Positions 23,212 to 36,652 of a stretch of DNA of 64,000 bases are shown here, one piece after another; position 1 is the first letter of the stretch, and the number at the start of each line of letters is the position of its first letter. Origin of the DNA: Chara braunii (lineage: Eukaryota > Plantae > Charophyceae); the NCBI GenBank assembly GCA_003427395.1, contig BFEA01000024.1:500044-564043 (forward strand), read 5' to 3'. The position numbers were made by a program, and so were the translations under genes. Below the pieces are notes generated by a model. It worked only from the letters and a program-made list of their open reading frames with translations, was not told the DNA's origin and searched no databases.

Positions 23212-24895
23212 TGTAATGACCCGCCAAAACACAAACTGAGAGCACTGCTGGTTTCTGGGATTTGCCGCTGGAATGAATGCCTTGCTGAGATTCCCGCATT
23301 CTGTTGTGGTTTCCAAGTCTGTGTGTGTGTGCGTGCCTGCTGGTTTGCATGCCTGTCTGAGTGCTTGTCGACTGAGTGTGTGTGTGACCCGCAAGGGTAC
23401 TTGTTGGTTGAAGGGCCTCGCAGGGCCGGTACTTACCTGTGGCCGTGACTTTGAGGGTTGCAGCGGGGAAAACACTCAAGTAGCGGGGGCAGGCTCACGA
23501 CACTTAGAGCAGCGGGGAAAAACACTCACGTAGCAGGTAGGCCGGCACCACTCAAGTAGTGGTAGGAGTGTCGGGTACTGGAGGCCGAGCAGAAGAAGAC
23601 AAAAAGTTGGCAATTTTTAGAAGCTCAATAGTGGTAGGTTAGAGGTAAGTCGGTACCAGTCCAAGTAGCCTGTTTTTAGGGCCTTGTCCGGACGATAGTA
23701 GAGCCTGCAATGATGTTTCCCTCCGAAAGGGAGGAGGTACCGGTTGCTGGGAGACCGCTCGGCCTAGGAAGTCACCGCCCAAGAGGCCAGCAGGCCGCTA
23801 TATCTTCCTGAGGAGCAAGCAACTCCTCCTCATTTGCGGTATGTAAGGATTGGCGACATGTTGTTGAGCCAAGCGTTGGACTTGTGCAGCGCTGCCTGGA
23901 GGTGAAGAGCAGCTGGGCGCTCAGCCTGGCTATGGTGAGCAGCCCAGCTTGAGGAGGAGGAAGAAGGGGGAAAAGGAGGAGAGTGGCAAGGTACCTACCT
24001 GGCTATGGTAGACACCATCTTCATCACCTTGTTGGGCGCTGCATCCGGAAGGCCCCATTTGGGATAGTGCTGCACCAAGGAAGCTCAAGGCAGAGACAGG
24101 CATGGCGGCCTAGTCAGCAGCTGCATAGCTGCTTTGGGTTGTCCTTTGGACAGGAGTGCAGAGACATAGCTGTTTTATGTTGTCCTTTGCACAAGAGGGC
24201 AGAACCCTCAGTTGTTCGCCATAGCCTAGGCTTGTGAGAGGTGGAAGAAGGGGGGAAGCCATAGCTATGGTGGACCTATGATGATGTCAGCAGTAAGAGG
24301 GAACTTCGGATATTGATTCTGGTCCATCCACTCATTGTTATTGTTATTATTATTGGAAGAAGAATAAGATTGACGAAGGAAAGGAGGAGGAGGAAGGTGG
24401 AGAGAGAAGGGGGATTCGTCATTGGTCTTGCTGGTGTACATCTTCCTCTTCTTCTTCTTCTTCTTCTTCTGTTTTTTTTTTTTTCTTCTTCTTCTTATTC
24501 TTCTTCTTCTTTTTCTTTTTCTTCTTCTTCCTCTTCTTCTTCTTTTTCTTTTTCTTCTTCTTTCTCTCTTCTTTGGTCTCTATCTCTTTGCAAGTGCTTT
24601 CATTTCTTTCGGGATTGGGTGACATTGTCTTTCATTGTGAATTTGCACTTTGGGAATGACCAGCATTGTAACAGGCTAGGATTGGGCTCATACTAGCAAG
24701 CTATTCTCTCTATTTGTGGTTGGATATGTCTTGTTGGTTTTGTTTATTACACACGGCCTAATTCTTTATCATGCTTTAGAGCATGGGTTGTACAGGTGGC
24801 GGATTGGTGTATTCTTGAATCTTCTGTCTTAGGTAAGTTGTTTCTTATCTTCTTCCTCCTCTTTGGCAGTGACGAGGGCATGGAGGGTAGAGTAA
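23212..24895 (+). repeat. Gypsy-A 3' LTR (right end truncated or uncertain)
   Basis: PPT aagaggggggtag (23199-23211) followed by TG start. Runs into an RT fragment near 24896. Confidence 0.7.
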
Positions 24896-26362
24896 TCCTA
24901 GTGAGTCTGAATTTGGTGCATCTGTTTTGTTGTTCCCAAGAAAGGAGGCAAACTCCGGATGTGTATTGACTACCACGGACTTAAGTGAATCATAAGAAAG
25001 AATGTTTATCCTTTACCACACATTGATGACTTGATTGATGCTGCAGTTGGGTGCAAGATCTTGGGTCTTGCTACCACCAGATTGAAGTCTATCCTGCAGA
25101 CCAGCACACACAAAACCGCATTCAAGACACACAACGGGCTGTACGAATTTATCGTTATGCCATTCGGTCTTACGAATGCGCTGACCACCTTCCAATGCCA
25201 CATGAACAAGATACTTTATAAACAGATTGGATGGTTTGTTGTTGTGTATCTGGATGATATCTTGATCTTCAGCAAGTCAATGGAAGAACACATAGAACAG
25301 ATTGAGGAAGTGTTCACCATCCACAAGAAAACGCAGCTCCATCTTAACTTAGGGAAATATGAGTTTGGGAGGGACAACGTCATCTATGTTGGGCATCACT
25401 TGTCTGTTGCAGGCCTTGAGCCCGAGGCAACTAAGGTTGAGGTCATTCGCAAGTGGCCCCAACCCTTGAATGTTTGTGAGCTGCGTTCTTTTTTTGGCCT
25501 TATGTCGTATTACCCGAAGTTTGTCCCTCGATTCTTTTGCATCACACACTCATGGTCGGGACTTACTAGCAAGAATGTATAGTACACGTGAGAGGACGCA
25601 TGTGAGACTGCCTGCCAAGCCTTGAAGGAGGCCTTGGTGAGCCATCCAATGCTCCGCATTGCAGATTCCAAACTTACATTCATAGTCACTACAGATTCGA
25701 GCCAATATGGGATTGGCGCAGTGCTGCAACAAGATGACGGGGATGACTCGTGCCCACTCAAGTACTACAACAAATGCATACCCTGCGAAAAGGTAGCCAC
25801 TTCCACTTATGTGTGNNAGATGTATGCTTTNCGTAACGCACTCAATGATTGGAAGCANTATCTTTTGGGACGCCACTTNAAAGTGTACTCAAATCACGAG
25901 ACTTTGATGTNGATNAAGNAACAAACCCTTATCNACTACCTTGACCTNCTGNTTNCATGAGATTGATATTTTTTATTTTGAATTGAAGCACAAAAAGGGT
26001 TGTTACAATCGAGGTGTTAATGCAGTGTCTCACCAACTGAAGTACATGACTTGCCTTGTGAGCTCTTACGACCTTCGGAAGAAACTGAAAGAGGAACTAG
26101 TTGAATAAACTGCCAAGGATCTGGAGCTTAGCGTCATCCTTGAGAAGCTCAAGGATGACTATTCGGTTGACCCCAACAGTCAGCTTGATTTCCACGAATG
26201 TGAGGATTTGCTGTATCAACGTTACGAGAAGCGTGGTCGTTTGTATGTAACCGACCATAAGCCTCTCCGTACTCAGTTCTTGGATCTGGCTCACGACCTG
26301 AGTGGACTCTTGGCTTAGAGAAAACATTGTTGGAACCTTTGGTTCTCGAATCGAGTCCCGAC
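24896..26362 (+). pseudogene. Second Gypsy-A-family RT/RNaseH fragment
   Basis: MPFGLTNA, VVVYLDDILIFS, TTDSSQYGIGAVL. Diverged paralog of 20450-21850. Confidence 0.88.
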
Positions 26363-27654
26363 TGTTGCATACTTGTGAAACACAGTCATAAGCATGGCGC
26401 AGATTCCCAAAACCGACCAGATAATAAAGAGTTAATACAAATGCAAGCGGAAGACTTGAGATACCTAGGACTGACTCGGACCTGACTCGGACTGCAATCG
26501 AACACTCTCAAACATTTATCAGCGGTGTGAAAGCCCTGGCCTTAGGCATAGACGAAAGGCCAGGGTCTGAGATCATCCACAGACGGATGGGAGGAGGAGA
26601 GAGATGAAGGCAGGAGGAGAGGGACGATGACGTCAACTCAATGTCTCCAAAGATAGTATCTTGAAATGTCGAAAGTGACGAAAATCTGAGATGTCGTGAC
26701 TACAATGTCTCAAAATGTCTCAGATATCGATCTCACAATGTCAAGTACATCCTCAGGAGGAAGATGAAATCAGATCCCCAAGTAGTCCTCAAATCGTAGT
26801 CCCAATGTCGTTGTTCCCAATGTTAGGAGAACCCAGAATTAGACTCATAATTTGTAACCATCCTTCATACTGTAGTAGTTCCGTAGGAGAACCCAGAATT
26901 AGACNNNNNNNNNNNNNNNNNNNNNNNNNNNNNNNNNNNNNNNNNNNNNNNNNNNNNNNNNNNNNNNNNNNNNNNNNNNNNNNNNNNNNNNNNNNNNNNN
27001 NNNNNNNNNNNNNNNNNNNNNNNNNNNNNNNNNNNNNNNNNNNNNNNNNNNNNNNNNNNNNNNNNNNNNNNNNNNNNNNNNNNNNNNNNNNNNNNNNNGG
27101 AGGAGATGAGGGAGAGAAGGCGAAGCCTTCCTCCCTGGTACCTGGCACAGTAGCTATGGCGCTGCAAGGGGGGGCTGGGTCGGTAACTGGTGCTGCGCCC
27201 AATGTTGCGCTAATCCACTCGCCGCTGAACTCTTGCTCTCTCGCTGCTCCTCGCTGCGTTAATTGAGCTAACGCTGAACCGATGCGCTAATCCTGAGGAC
27301 TAACCTCTAGTCCATACTAACCTCCCGCTGAGGTTGGTACCCAGACTTTTGTAGTGCTGGGCCGGCCTCTTACCTGCTGGTACCTACCGGCCTGGACCGT
27401 TGATCTGAATCGACGGTCCAGATTCAAACTGGACTTGGCGCCTAAATGTGGCAGCCTCTGCAGCGCAGCCGGTAGGTCCTATGCTGGACCGGTACCGGCC
27501 TTGTGGCCGTTTGGCCTCGGCCTCTACCCTAGGCTTGCATGAACCGTCATGGTCCAGGCCCATTTGGGCCTCATCTGAGTCGTCGTCCCTTAGGCCTACC
27601 CTGCCTGTCTGGAACCAGGCCCTAACTGGGGCCCGTGTGGCTCAGAATGCCACA
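26363..27654 (-). repeat. Gypsy-B 3' LTR (contains N gap 26905-27098)
   Basis: tgttgcatac...atgccaca. Aligns with 34448-35644. Confidence 0.9.
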
Positions 27655-27675
27655 CACTCCCCCCTTGAAGACCGA

Positions 27676-30600
27676 GCTTACTGCGAGGGCGAAGCCGTCT
27701 ATCCGATGTCTGTACGGAGCGGGCAGGTTGGGCACCTTCCTTAGCAAGTCGTTGTTTTTCGTAATGCGAGTAGATGAGGGGTGTTGTCGCCTTCAGGTCA
27801 GCTCTTGAAATCCAGCGTGTGTCGTCCGGATCGCATTGCTTAAATGTAACTTTGTACTGCATAGGCTTGTTGCCAAGTTTGCGATGCGGGAGAACGCGGT
27901 CGACCTCCTGATGACCATCCATTGAAGGAGGGTCCTGTGACCGTCTACCCGGGAAATCCGTTGCGGAGGTTGGAGTGTAGACTGCCAGCTTTGAAGCGTG
28001 AAAGATCGGGTGGACCGTCAAATGTGGGGGGATCTCAATGATGAAAGATGGACCCGCGGGGTCGTCGCCAGTTGCTGAAGTGACCATCCATGGTCCAAAC
28101 CACTTAGGGAGGAGCTTGCACCAGACGTGCTGCTCGAGCGTGAATTCCTCGAAGGTGACCCAAACTAGGTCGCCAACGTGTATTGGACATGGGATGTGAC
28201 GCCGGTTCGCTTGCTGCTGCATACGGACCTAAGCCTTTTGCATGTTTGCACGGGCTTTGGCCAGCAGTTCCCTGTACTTCCGTGTAGAAGCGGGGGAGCA
28301 AGCGGCGTCGATATCGGCAGCCCGCGGAAGCAAAATGTCTGCGAAGATACGTCCTTTCCGTCCACCATGATGCAACTCGAATGGAGTCACGCCAATCGTC
28401 GGGTGCACCGACGTGTTATAGGCGAACTCGATGTCAGGAAGGCGGTCAAGCCAGTACTTCTGATCCGGGCGGATGAGTGTGCGGAGCATCATCTGCGCAG
28501 TCTGGTGCGCACGTTCTGTTTGCCCATCCGTTTGAGGATGCCGTGCGTAACTCGGTTTCATGCTGGTGTCGGATTCCACCATGAGTGTCGTCCAAAAGGC
28601 TGACATGAAACGAGTGTCGTGGTCGCTGGCGATGTCTTCCGGAACGCAGTGGCTGCAAAACCAGTTGGTATGCAAGAGTCGTGTGATCTCGGGAGCCGTC
28701 GCGATACGTGCATGGAAGAAATCGAGCGTACTTGCTCAAACGGTCAATGACCATGAGAATATCGTCGTGGCCAAGGCGATCGCGAGGGAAAGGCCGGTCA
28801 CATCCATAGCAATGGAGAGACCCGGTTCCCGAGGAATCGGCAATGGTTTTAGTTTGTCGTACGGGAGCTGATGGTGCCCTTTGTTCCGGTGGCAAACTGC
28901 ACATGACTGATATACCGGTTGACATCGCAGGTGATGTCCGGCCAGTGAAAACGCTGGCGGAGTCGTGCTAGTGTGCGTGCGACGCCAAGGTGTCCCGCCA
29001 GCCGTGAATCGTGGTATTCGCCAAGGAGGCGAGTGCACAAGATGCGGTCTTGGGGAACACACAACAAGTCCTTGCCTCGTGTATGGAGAAGCAAGTAGCC
29101 GTCGACAATGCGATAGTTGCTTGCCGGCGGGTGATCCGATGATAAGTCCGCATAGAGTGTGGAGAATCCCGGATCTGAATTGTATCCGTTTACAAAGTGT
29201 TATTGCAGGTTCTCATCGAGGCCGAATGTGGAGTGCACCAAGGCGCAAAGAACAGGTCTTCGCGAGAGAGCATCCGCTGCCTTGTTCGAGGAGCCGGGAA
29301 TGTGCTTGGAGGTGAAGTCGAACAGGTCAATGAAGTACATCCATCGACTAATCGTGCTGCTCACCGTGTCTTGCGTCTTGTAATACGTCAACGGATTGTT
29401 GTCCGTTGCCCACGTGAATCACCGACGCCTGAGGAGAAAGTGTCGCCAACGCTTACGTACGGTGACAAAAGCTAGCAGTTCCTTCTTCCTCGTATCATCA
29501 AGAGTGTTGATGGGTGGCACCTTTTGGCTGAAGTACTCAGCCGGATGCCAGTCTGTGTCATGCTGTTCCAAAACCACGCCAATGCCATAACCGGAAGCAT
29601 CCGTAGTCACTTTGGTGGGCAAGGTCGGGTCATTGATGCTTAAGACGGGAGCTTGGAGCAAGGCCGTCTTCAGTGTGTGAAACGCATGCCGGGCTTCGTC
29701 GCTGAACTCGAAGGGCACCAAAGGGGACTGAAGTCGCGACAATGTTGCAGCGATGCGTTGAAATCCTGACGAAGCGCATGTAGTATGATGCCAAGCTGAG
29801 AAAGGAGCGGACGTCGGTAGTACACTTGAGGTCCGACCAATCTTGAATGGCTTTCGCACTTGTCGCGGTTTGCCTTGTACTTGGCGATACGGAGCCGCTC
29901 CAAGACGGCGCGAAGGTGCTCGAGGTGCTCGTCCAGCATCCAACTATAAACCAGGATATCATCGAGGTAAATGAGTACGGTGCGGTCGAGAAAGTCGCGG
30001 AATTCCATCGTCATGGCCGCTTGGAAAGTAGTCGGGGCATTGGTGAGACCGAAAGGCATGACGATCCACTCAAAGTGCCCATATCGCGTCGTGAACGCGG
30101 TTTTGTACCGGCCTCTTGGCTGGATCTTGATCTGGTGGTATCCGGACTTGAGGTCAAGCTTCGAGAAGTACTTGGCGCCGCCTAGTCGCTCGAGAAGATC
30201 ATCGATCCGAGGGAGAGGGTCGGCGTTCTTGATCGTTTGTGCGTTAAGTTTCCGATAGTCGATGCACAAACGAAGATCCTTGTTCTTCTTCCGGACGAAG
30301 AGAACGGGAGCACTGTATGGCGAACAGCTAGGGCGAATCCAGCCCTTGGCTAAGAGGTCGTCTAGTTGTGCCCGAAGCACTTGAAGTTCCTCTTCGCTCA
30401 TGCGGTAGATACATCCGCGTGGAGGTACGACGTCGTCCTCGAGACCGTGGCATATGGGCCGATCCGGTATGACTCCGACGGGAGCTTGGAAGACATCCTC
30501 ATAGTTGTCCAACAGCTCAATGATGTGTGGGTCCGACGTATCCGTCTTAGGCTGATCACCGGGTGGGAGGGCGTGAAGAAAACATATGCCCATCTCCTCG

Positions 30601-31560
30601 ATGTCGTTCCACCGGATGGATTGGCGAATGCTCACCGCGGATACCACGTGACAACCAATTGAAGGATGAGGAAGCAGCACCATACACATGACTAGTTCGC
30701 CACGCCGATCACGAACGTGAACGGTGCGTCGATAGAAGTTCACCGGATGGTCTTCGCTTTGCAGCCACGATATGCCACGGTGCGTCGAACTTGGTGTCCA
30801 ATATGTCAAACGACACGGCCTCGCTTGCTAGCAGGGCAAAGTACACCGGCACCGAGTCAACGCATCAGTCGATTGACTTTTGCGTGTGACCATCGGCCAA
30901 CGTGACATGAGTGGGCCGACTTTTCCTTCGAATGCGCGGGCCAAGGCCGGCGCGTGCCATGAAGTCTTGGTTGATGTAGTTGCGAGTCGCTTCACAATCG
31001 ATCAAGGCACTGCAGGTCGCCTTTTCGATCTGAATGCGGATGTAGAGGAGCATCGCGTCGATCTGGACGTACTGTTGCGTTGCGTACTCGCGGTCGATCT
31101 TCGCAAGATAGTTACGAAGGTCAACAACCGCTACTCCGCCGTCCGTCGACGGAGGTGGTACTGCAGCGTGCAAGTATTCGCGCAGATGCGCCATTAAGGC
31201 ATTGCAATGCGGTGTTGGCAAAGAACCGGTGGAGGGAAGAGGCAACCATTGGAAGTCCTCAACCGTCAACGGGTCGAGTTCCTCAAGACTCGCCCAAGTT
31301 GACGGATCCTCCGATAGAAGGGCTGGTGAAGCAACTGGTTCGTTGTCCGGTGGCGGAACTACCGCGCATGCGCTTGAATCTTGCACGTGGAGAGGCTGGT
31401 TCAACGGTGGGACCAGCTCGACAGCATAGTTCTCATACTCAATGCGAGAACTTGCAACTACCGCGTCATCCTCGGATGTGAGAGAGACTGCTAGCAAGGT
31501 TGCCGACTCCGGCGGATTGGTAAGTGATGTCGCTGCACTTCCCGCAGTGCTCAGTTTCCC
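27676..31560 (-). pseudogene. Gypsy-B pol (PR-RT-RH-IN-chromodomain)
   Basis: ALIDCEAT protease, LCIDYRKLN..YLDD RT, TTDASGYGIG RNase [11 protein letters not shown] integrase, and QEVDRVL..YKVTFKQCDPDDTRWI chromodomain. Confidence 0.93.
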
Positions 31561-33292
31561 GAGCTTGAACGTTTGACATTCTCCTTGTCCTTGTCAAGGC
31601 ATTCGCTGGTGATGTGTTTGGTGCTGTTGCACCACAAACAGCATGACCATTTCTGTCGCAACTTGAACATGTCTTTGGTAATGCCAAACTTCGTCCATGG
31701 TGTCTGTCGTGCTTCATCCGCCGACGCTGTTTTCGCCTTTTGTTTTCCCCCTCGGGGTCTTGAGCGTTGCGGTGGTATCGCTGCCGCCACATCTCCGTCA
31801 CTTGATGTAGATGCAGCTGCGGGGTCCTCACTTGGTCCTTGCTGGACCGCTGCTACTTGCGGCGTACGTTGACCTTTTCCTTTCTCCACTTAACCAGGTT
31901 GTTGGCGGGTCTCATTGGCCGCACACCGGTTACCTTGTACGAGTTCTCTTGCCTTTGAGATCAGATCATCAAAGGTCTCATACTGGAATTCAGTGCCCAG
32001 CGCAGCTGTCAAGGCGTCGCATGACCGAGCAAAAAATTCGGCCCGGATTGCGTCGAATGGTATGTTCAACTCCGGGGTGGCGACGAGTCTTTGCCACTCC
32101 GTCAGCCATTCCCGTGACGTTTGCTGGCCTTGGTATATGAGAAAGATTTGTTCATGGCGTGTCGTTTGTCATTGTTGACCATGAACTGGGTCTTCCATTT
32201 CTTCTCGAATTCCTTCCACGTAATCTTAGTGTGGAGGTTGGCGATGGTGCATTCCAACGTGACGGCCATGTGTGTCATGAAAGTTTGCGCCCCTCCGATG
32301 AGTTGGAGGTAGAGTGCGTCAAGCCGCCAATGTGCGGGGGTGTGATGTACATCCGCCTCTGCGTTGAAAGCCATCCACCATTGCAGCGGATCGGTCTTGT
32401 GATAGTCATCGAACTTCTTGATCTTGAAGTTCGGCATCTTTCCTTCCTTGGCGGCAGCGGCTGGTCGTTGCTCAACGCGGTTGCTGAGCGTCTGCAGCTG
32501 ATTGCTGACTGTCGGCGCTCCAGCAAACTTGTTGATGTCGCCGAGGGATGCGACCACGTGGTTGATCCGCTCTTCGAGTTGCTTGGCCTGCGCGGCCAAG
32601 GCTGAGCTGCAGTCTACCACTGCACTGCCTGTTGACGCAGCTGCCGATAGTTGTGCCAACCCCATGCTGACATCGGTCTGCAACTGGTCATTGTGTGTCT
32701 GCTGCTGGCTGCTGGCGGCGTGTAGTGTGTTGATCTCGGCCTGAAGGGTAGCGATCTTCTTGTCCAATGCCTTGAATGTTGTTTCATGGCGGATGAAGAT
32801 CTGTCGCATGACCAGCAGTTCACGTTGCTGCCAATTGCACGTGTACAACAGGTTCTCCACCAGTACTGCTATACCTTCCTTGTTAGTTTCTTCCTCGGTC
32901 GGCTCTTCTCGTTCTTCGGTTTCTTGGAAATGTTGTCATCGAAGTAGCCTGCCATACGTGGCTTTGTCGCGTGCAAGGTCCATCATGGCTTGGTAACAAG
33001 CTTGGTGTTGACTTGCCTCGACCTGCAGCTGTTGCAACCATGCGGCTGCTGCAGCTTCTGCTGCGGCCTGCTGTCGTGCTGCCTCTGCCTCTACCAGCTG
33101 GCATTGAATTTCCTGCTGGCGGGCGACTTCCTCCTCTTCCCACTTGCTGAGTTCAACTGCCGTGGTCTTCGAGTAGAGCTGGAGTCGTTTAAGAAACGCT
33201 AGAAGCGGTTCATCGGCCTGCTGTACTGGGATAGGAGGGGTGACCGGCCTCTTGGGGCTGGCTTGTGCATTGTCGTCAGCGGTAGCAGCCAT
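31551..33292 (-). pseudogene. Gypsy-B gag
   Basis: Coiled-coil segments, KMPNFKIKKFDDY..W capsid-like region, and Zn knuckle CLWCNSTKHITSEC. Ends GGA AAC TGA. Confidence 0.85.
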
Positions 33293-34447
33293 TGTCGTAC
33301 GTGGCCTGCGCGGAACCCGAGGGGTCCTAGGTCCTTGTTGAGGCTTGGCTCCTGCGGATCCGCGCTCGGCCAGTCGTTGGCTGCGGTGCATCAAGTACTC
33401 TGGTCTTCGTCTGTTGCTGATGTTTCACCGCTAAGGTGGCACCTGCTGATGTGGCACTCCTGAGGTGGCCGCTGCTGGGTGGCACTCGGATGCCGTGGCA
33501 CGCTGGGGTGACACGTGGCTGAGCTGGCACTCTGCCCTCTTGGCCTGCTGCTGATGTGGCACAATGCTGACGTGGTCGGAGACTAACGTCCGTGGTACCG
33601 AGAGGAGGAGAGAGAAGGTAGGGTGGGGAGGAGGGGCAGAGAGGCAAACAATGCACAGACAGTCCCTTTCTCCCTGACCTCGAAGTTTGACACTAATCAA
33701 CAGAAAAAAATTCCCCCCCTGAAAATTTTGAATTTTGAGAAATTAAAGAAATTTTAATCGAAAAATACGAATAAATAAAATTTAATTTTGGCAAAAGATT
33801 TAAATATTTAATTAAAGAATATTTAAATTTGCAATAATTAATTTCGCAAAAATTAAATATTTTAATTAAAGAATATTTAAATTTGCACAAATAATTTTTT
33901 TTTAAGCAGGTTTAAACGTTTAAACATAATAATTTCACGAAATTTTCATAGGGAGAATTTAGCATCATCACGAGGTCACTCATTAAGTAGTAGATGAATG
34001 GTAGCAAGAAGATACACAATTTGCTGGAAAGATTCAACCTTTCAAACGCAAAAAAAAAATGCAGTTTGAAAAAAGTGAAAGTTCCGTAAAGTTGCAGTTT
34101 GAATATGGCCATGCTCAGGCCCAATCTGCCTTACTTGGCGTGGTGCCTGGCTGGCACTTACTTCGCATAGACTTGATAGGTCGTTAGGTTAGGTTAGGAC
34201 TAACCCTAATTAGCGTTAATTAGGTTAATCGTAATTAGCGATTCCTAATTTGCGCAGATATAGAGAAAATAGCGAAACCTAAAATTATAATTCAAACGAC
34301 CTAATTGCTATGTAAGTTCGAGAAAAGAAAAACAAATTGCAACTTGCGATTTAATGATAACAGAGTGCAGGTGTAGATAATCAATCCATCAATCAATCAA
34401 TCAATTAATGGCGAGTCATCCAATGCTGGTCTGCTCCGATACCAAAC

Positions 34448-34984
34448 CGTTGCATACTCGTGAAACACAGTCATAAGTATAGCGCAGATTCCCAAAACCG
34501 ACCAGATCATACAGAGTTAATACAAATGCAAGCGGAAGACTTGAGATACCTTGGACTGACTCGGACCTGACTCGGACTGCAATCGAACACTCTCAAACAT
34601 TCATCAGGGGTGTGAAAGCCCTGGCCTTAAGCATAGACGAAAGGTCAGGGTCTAAGATCATCCACAGACGAATAGGAGGAGAGAGACGAAGGGAGGAGGA
34701 GAGGGAAGATGACGTCAACTCAATGTCTCCAAAGATAGTATCTTGAAATGTCGGAAGTGACGAAAATCCGAAATGTCGCGAATACAATGTCTCACAATGT
34801 CTCAGATATCAATCTCACAATGTCAAGTACATCCTCAGGAGGAAGATGAAATCAGATCCCCAAGTAGTCCTCAACTCGTAGTCCCAATGTCGCTGTTCTC
34901 AATGTTATCAGAATTCGTAACCATCCTTCATACTGTTGTAGTCCCATAGGAGATCCCAGAATTAGAATGAGACTGAGAAGGTAG

Positions 34985-35067
<83 letters not shown>

Positions 35068-35644
35068 GAGCGGTGGAGGAGATGAGGGAGAGAAGGCGAA
35101 ACCTTCCTCCCTGGTACCTGGCACAGTAGCTATGGCGCTGCAAGGGGGGGCTGGGTCGGTAACTGGCGCTGCGCCCAACGCTACGCTAATCCGCTCGCCG
35201 CTGAACTCTTGCTCTCTCGCTGCTCCTCGCTGTGCTGCAGCGCTGCGCTAATTGAGCTAATGCTGAACCGATGCGCTAATCCTGAGGACTAACCTCTAGT
35301 CCATAATAACCTACCATTGAGGCTGGTACCCAGCCTTTTGTAGTGTTGGGCCGACCTCCTATCTGCTGGTACCTACCGGTCTGGACTGTTGATCTGAATA
35401 GACGATCCAGATTCAAACTAGACTTGGGGCCTAAATGTGGCAGCCTCTGCAGCGCCGCCGGTAGGTCCTATGCTGGACCGGTACCGGCCTTGTGGCCGCT
35501 TGGCCTGGGCCTCTACCCTAGGTCTGCATGAGCCGTCATGGTCCAGGCCCATCTAGGCTTGATCTGAACCGTCGTCCCTTAGGCCTACCCTGCCTGTCTG
35601 GAACCGGGCCCTAACTGGAGCCCGTGTGGCTCAGAATGCCACAC
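34448..35644 (-). repeat. Gypsy-B 5' LTR, shared with an upstream tandem copy
   Basis: PBS on one side; PPT plus integrase/chromodomain end on the other side. Confidence 0.9.
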
Positions 35645-36652
35645 ACTCCCCCCCTTGAAGACCGAGCTAACTGCGAGGGCGAAGCTGTCTGTCCGATGTC
35701 CGTACGAAGCGGGCAGGTTGGGCAGCTTCCTTAGCAAGGTGTTGTTTTTCGTAATGCGAGTAGATGAGGGGTGTTGTCGCCTTGAGGTCGGCTCTTGAAA
35801 TCCAGCGTGTGTCGTCCGGATCGCATTGCTTAAATGTAATTTTGTACTGCATAGGCTTGTTGCCATGTTTGCGATGCGTGAGAACGCGGTCGACCACCTG
35901 ATGATCATCCATTGAAGGAGGGTCCTATGACCGTCTGCCCGAGAAATCCGTTGCGGAGGCTGGAGTGTAGACCGCTTGCTTCGAAGCGCGAAAGATCGGG
36001 TGGACCGTCAAATGCGGGGGGATCTCAATGATGAAAGATGGACCCGCGGGGTCATCGCCAGCTGCTGAAGTGACCATCCATGGTCCAAACCACTTAGGGA
36101 GGAGTTTGCGCGAGACATGCTGCTCGAGCGCAAATTCCTCGGAGGTGACCCAAACTAGGTCGCCAGCGCGTATTGGACATGGGATGTGACGCCGGCTCGC
36201 TTGCTGCTGCATACGGACCTGAGCCTTTTGCATGTTTGCGCGGGCTTTGGCCAGCAGTTCCCTGTACTTCCCTGTAGAAGCGGGGGAGCAAGCGGCATCG
36301 ATATCGGCAGCCCGTGGAAGCAAAATGTCTGCGAAGATACGTCATTTCCGTCCACCGTGATGCAACTCGAATGGAGTCACGCCAATCGTCGGGTGCACCA
36401 AAGTGTTGTAGGCGAACTCGATGTCGGGAAGGCGGTCAACCCAGTCCTTCTAATCTGGGCGGATGAGTGTGCGGAGCATCATCTGCGCAATCTGGTGCGC
36501 ACATTCCGTTTGCCCATCCGTTTGAGGATGCCGTGCGGAACTCGGTTTCATGCTGGTGTCGGATTCCCCCATGAGTGTCGTCCAAAAGGCCGACATGAAA
36601 CGAGTGTCGCGGTCACGGACGATGTCTTCCGGAACGCCGTGGCTGCAAAACC
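35645..36652 (-). pseudogene. 3' end (integrase C-terminus, chromodomain, PPT) of a second Gypsy-B copy
   Basis: Aligns with 27655-28662 with scattered substitutions. Confidence 0.9.

Larger units (their letters stand above)
26363..35644 (-). mobile_element. Ty3/Gypsy-B chromovirus with both LTRs, decayed
   Basis: LTRs at 26363-~27654 and 34448-~35644. PBS tggtatcggagc (iMet-like) at 34433-34444 on the minus strand. PPT aaggggggag near 27657-27666. Internal gag-pol. Confidence 0.93.

Noticed and set aside
34184-34230. Telomere-like ttaggttagg/aaccctaa motifs (also aaaccctaaaccct near 55625)
   Set aside because: Only 2-3 degenerate units inside TE UTRs.
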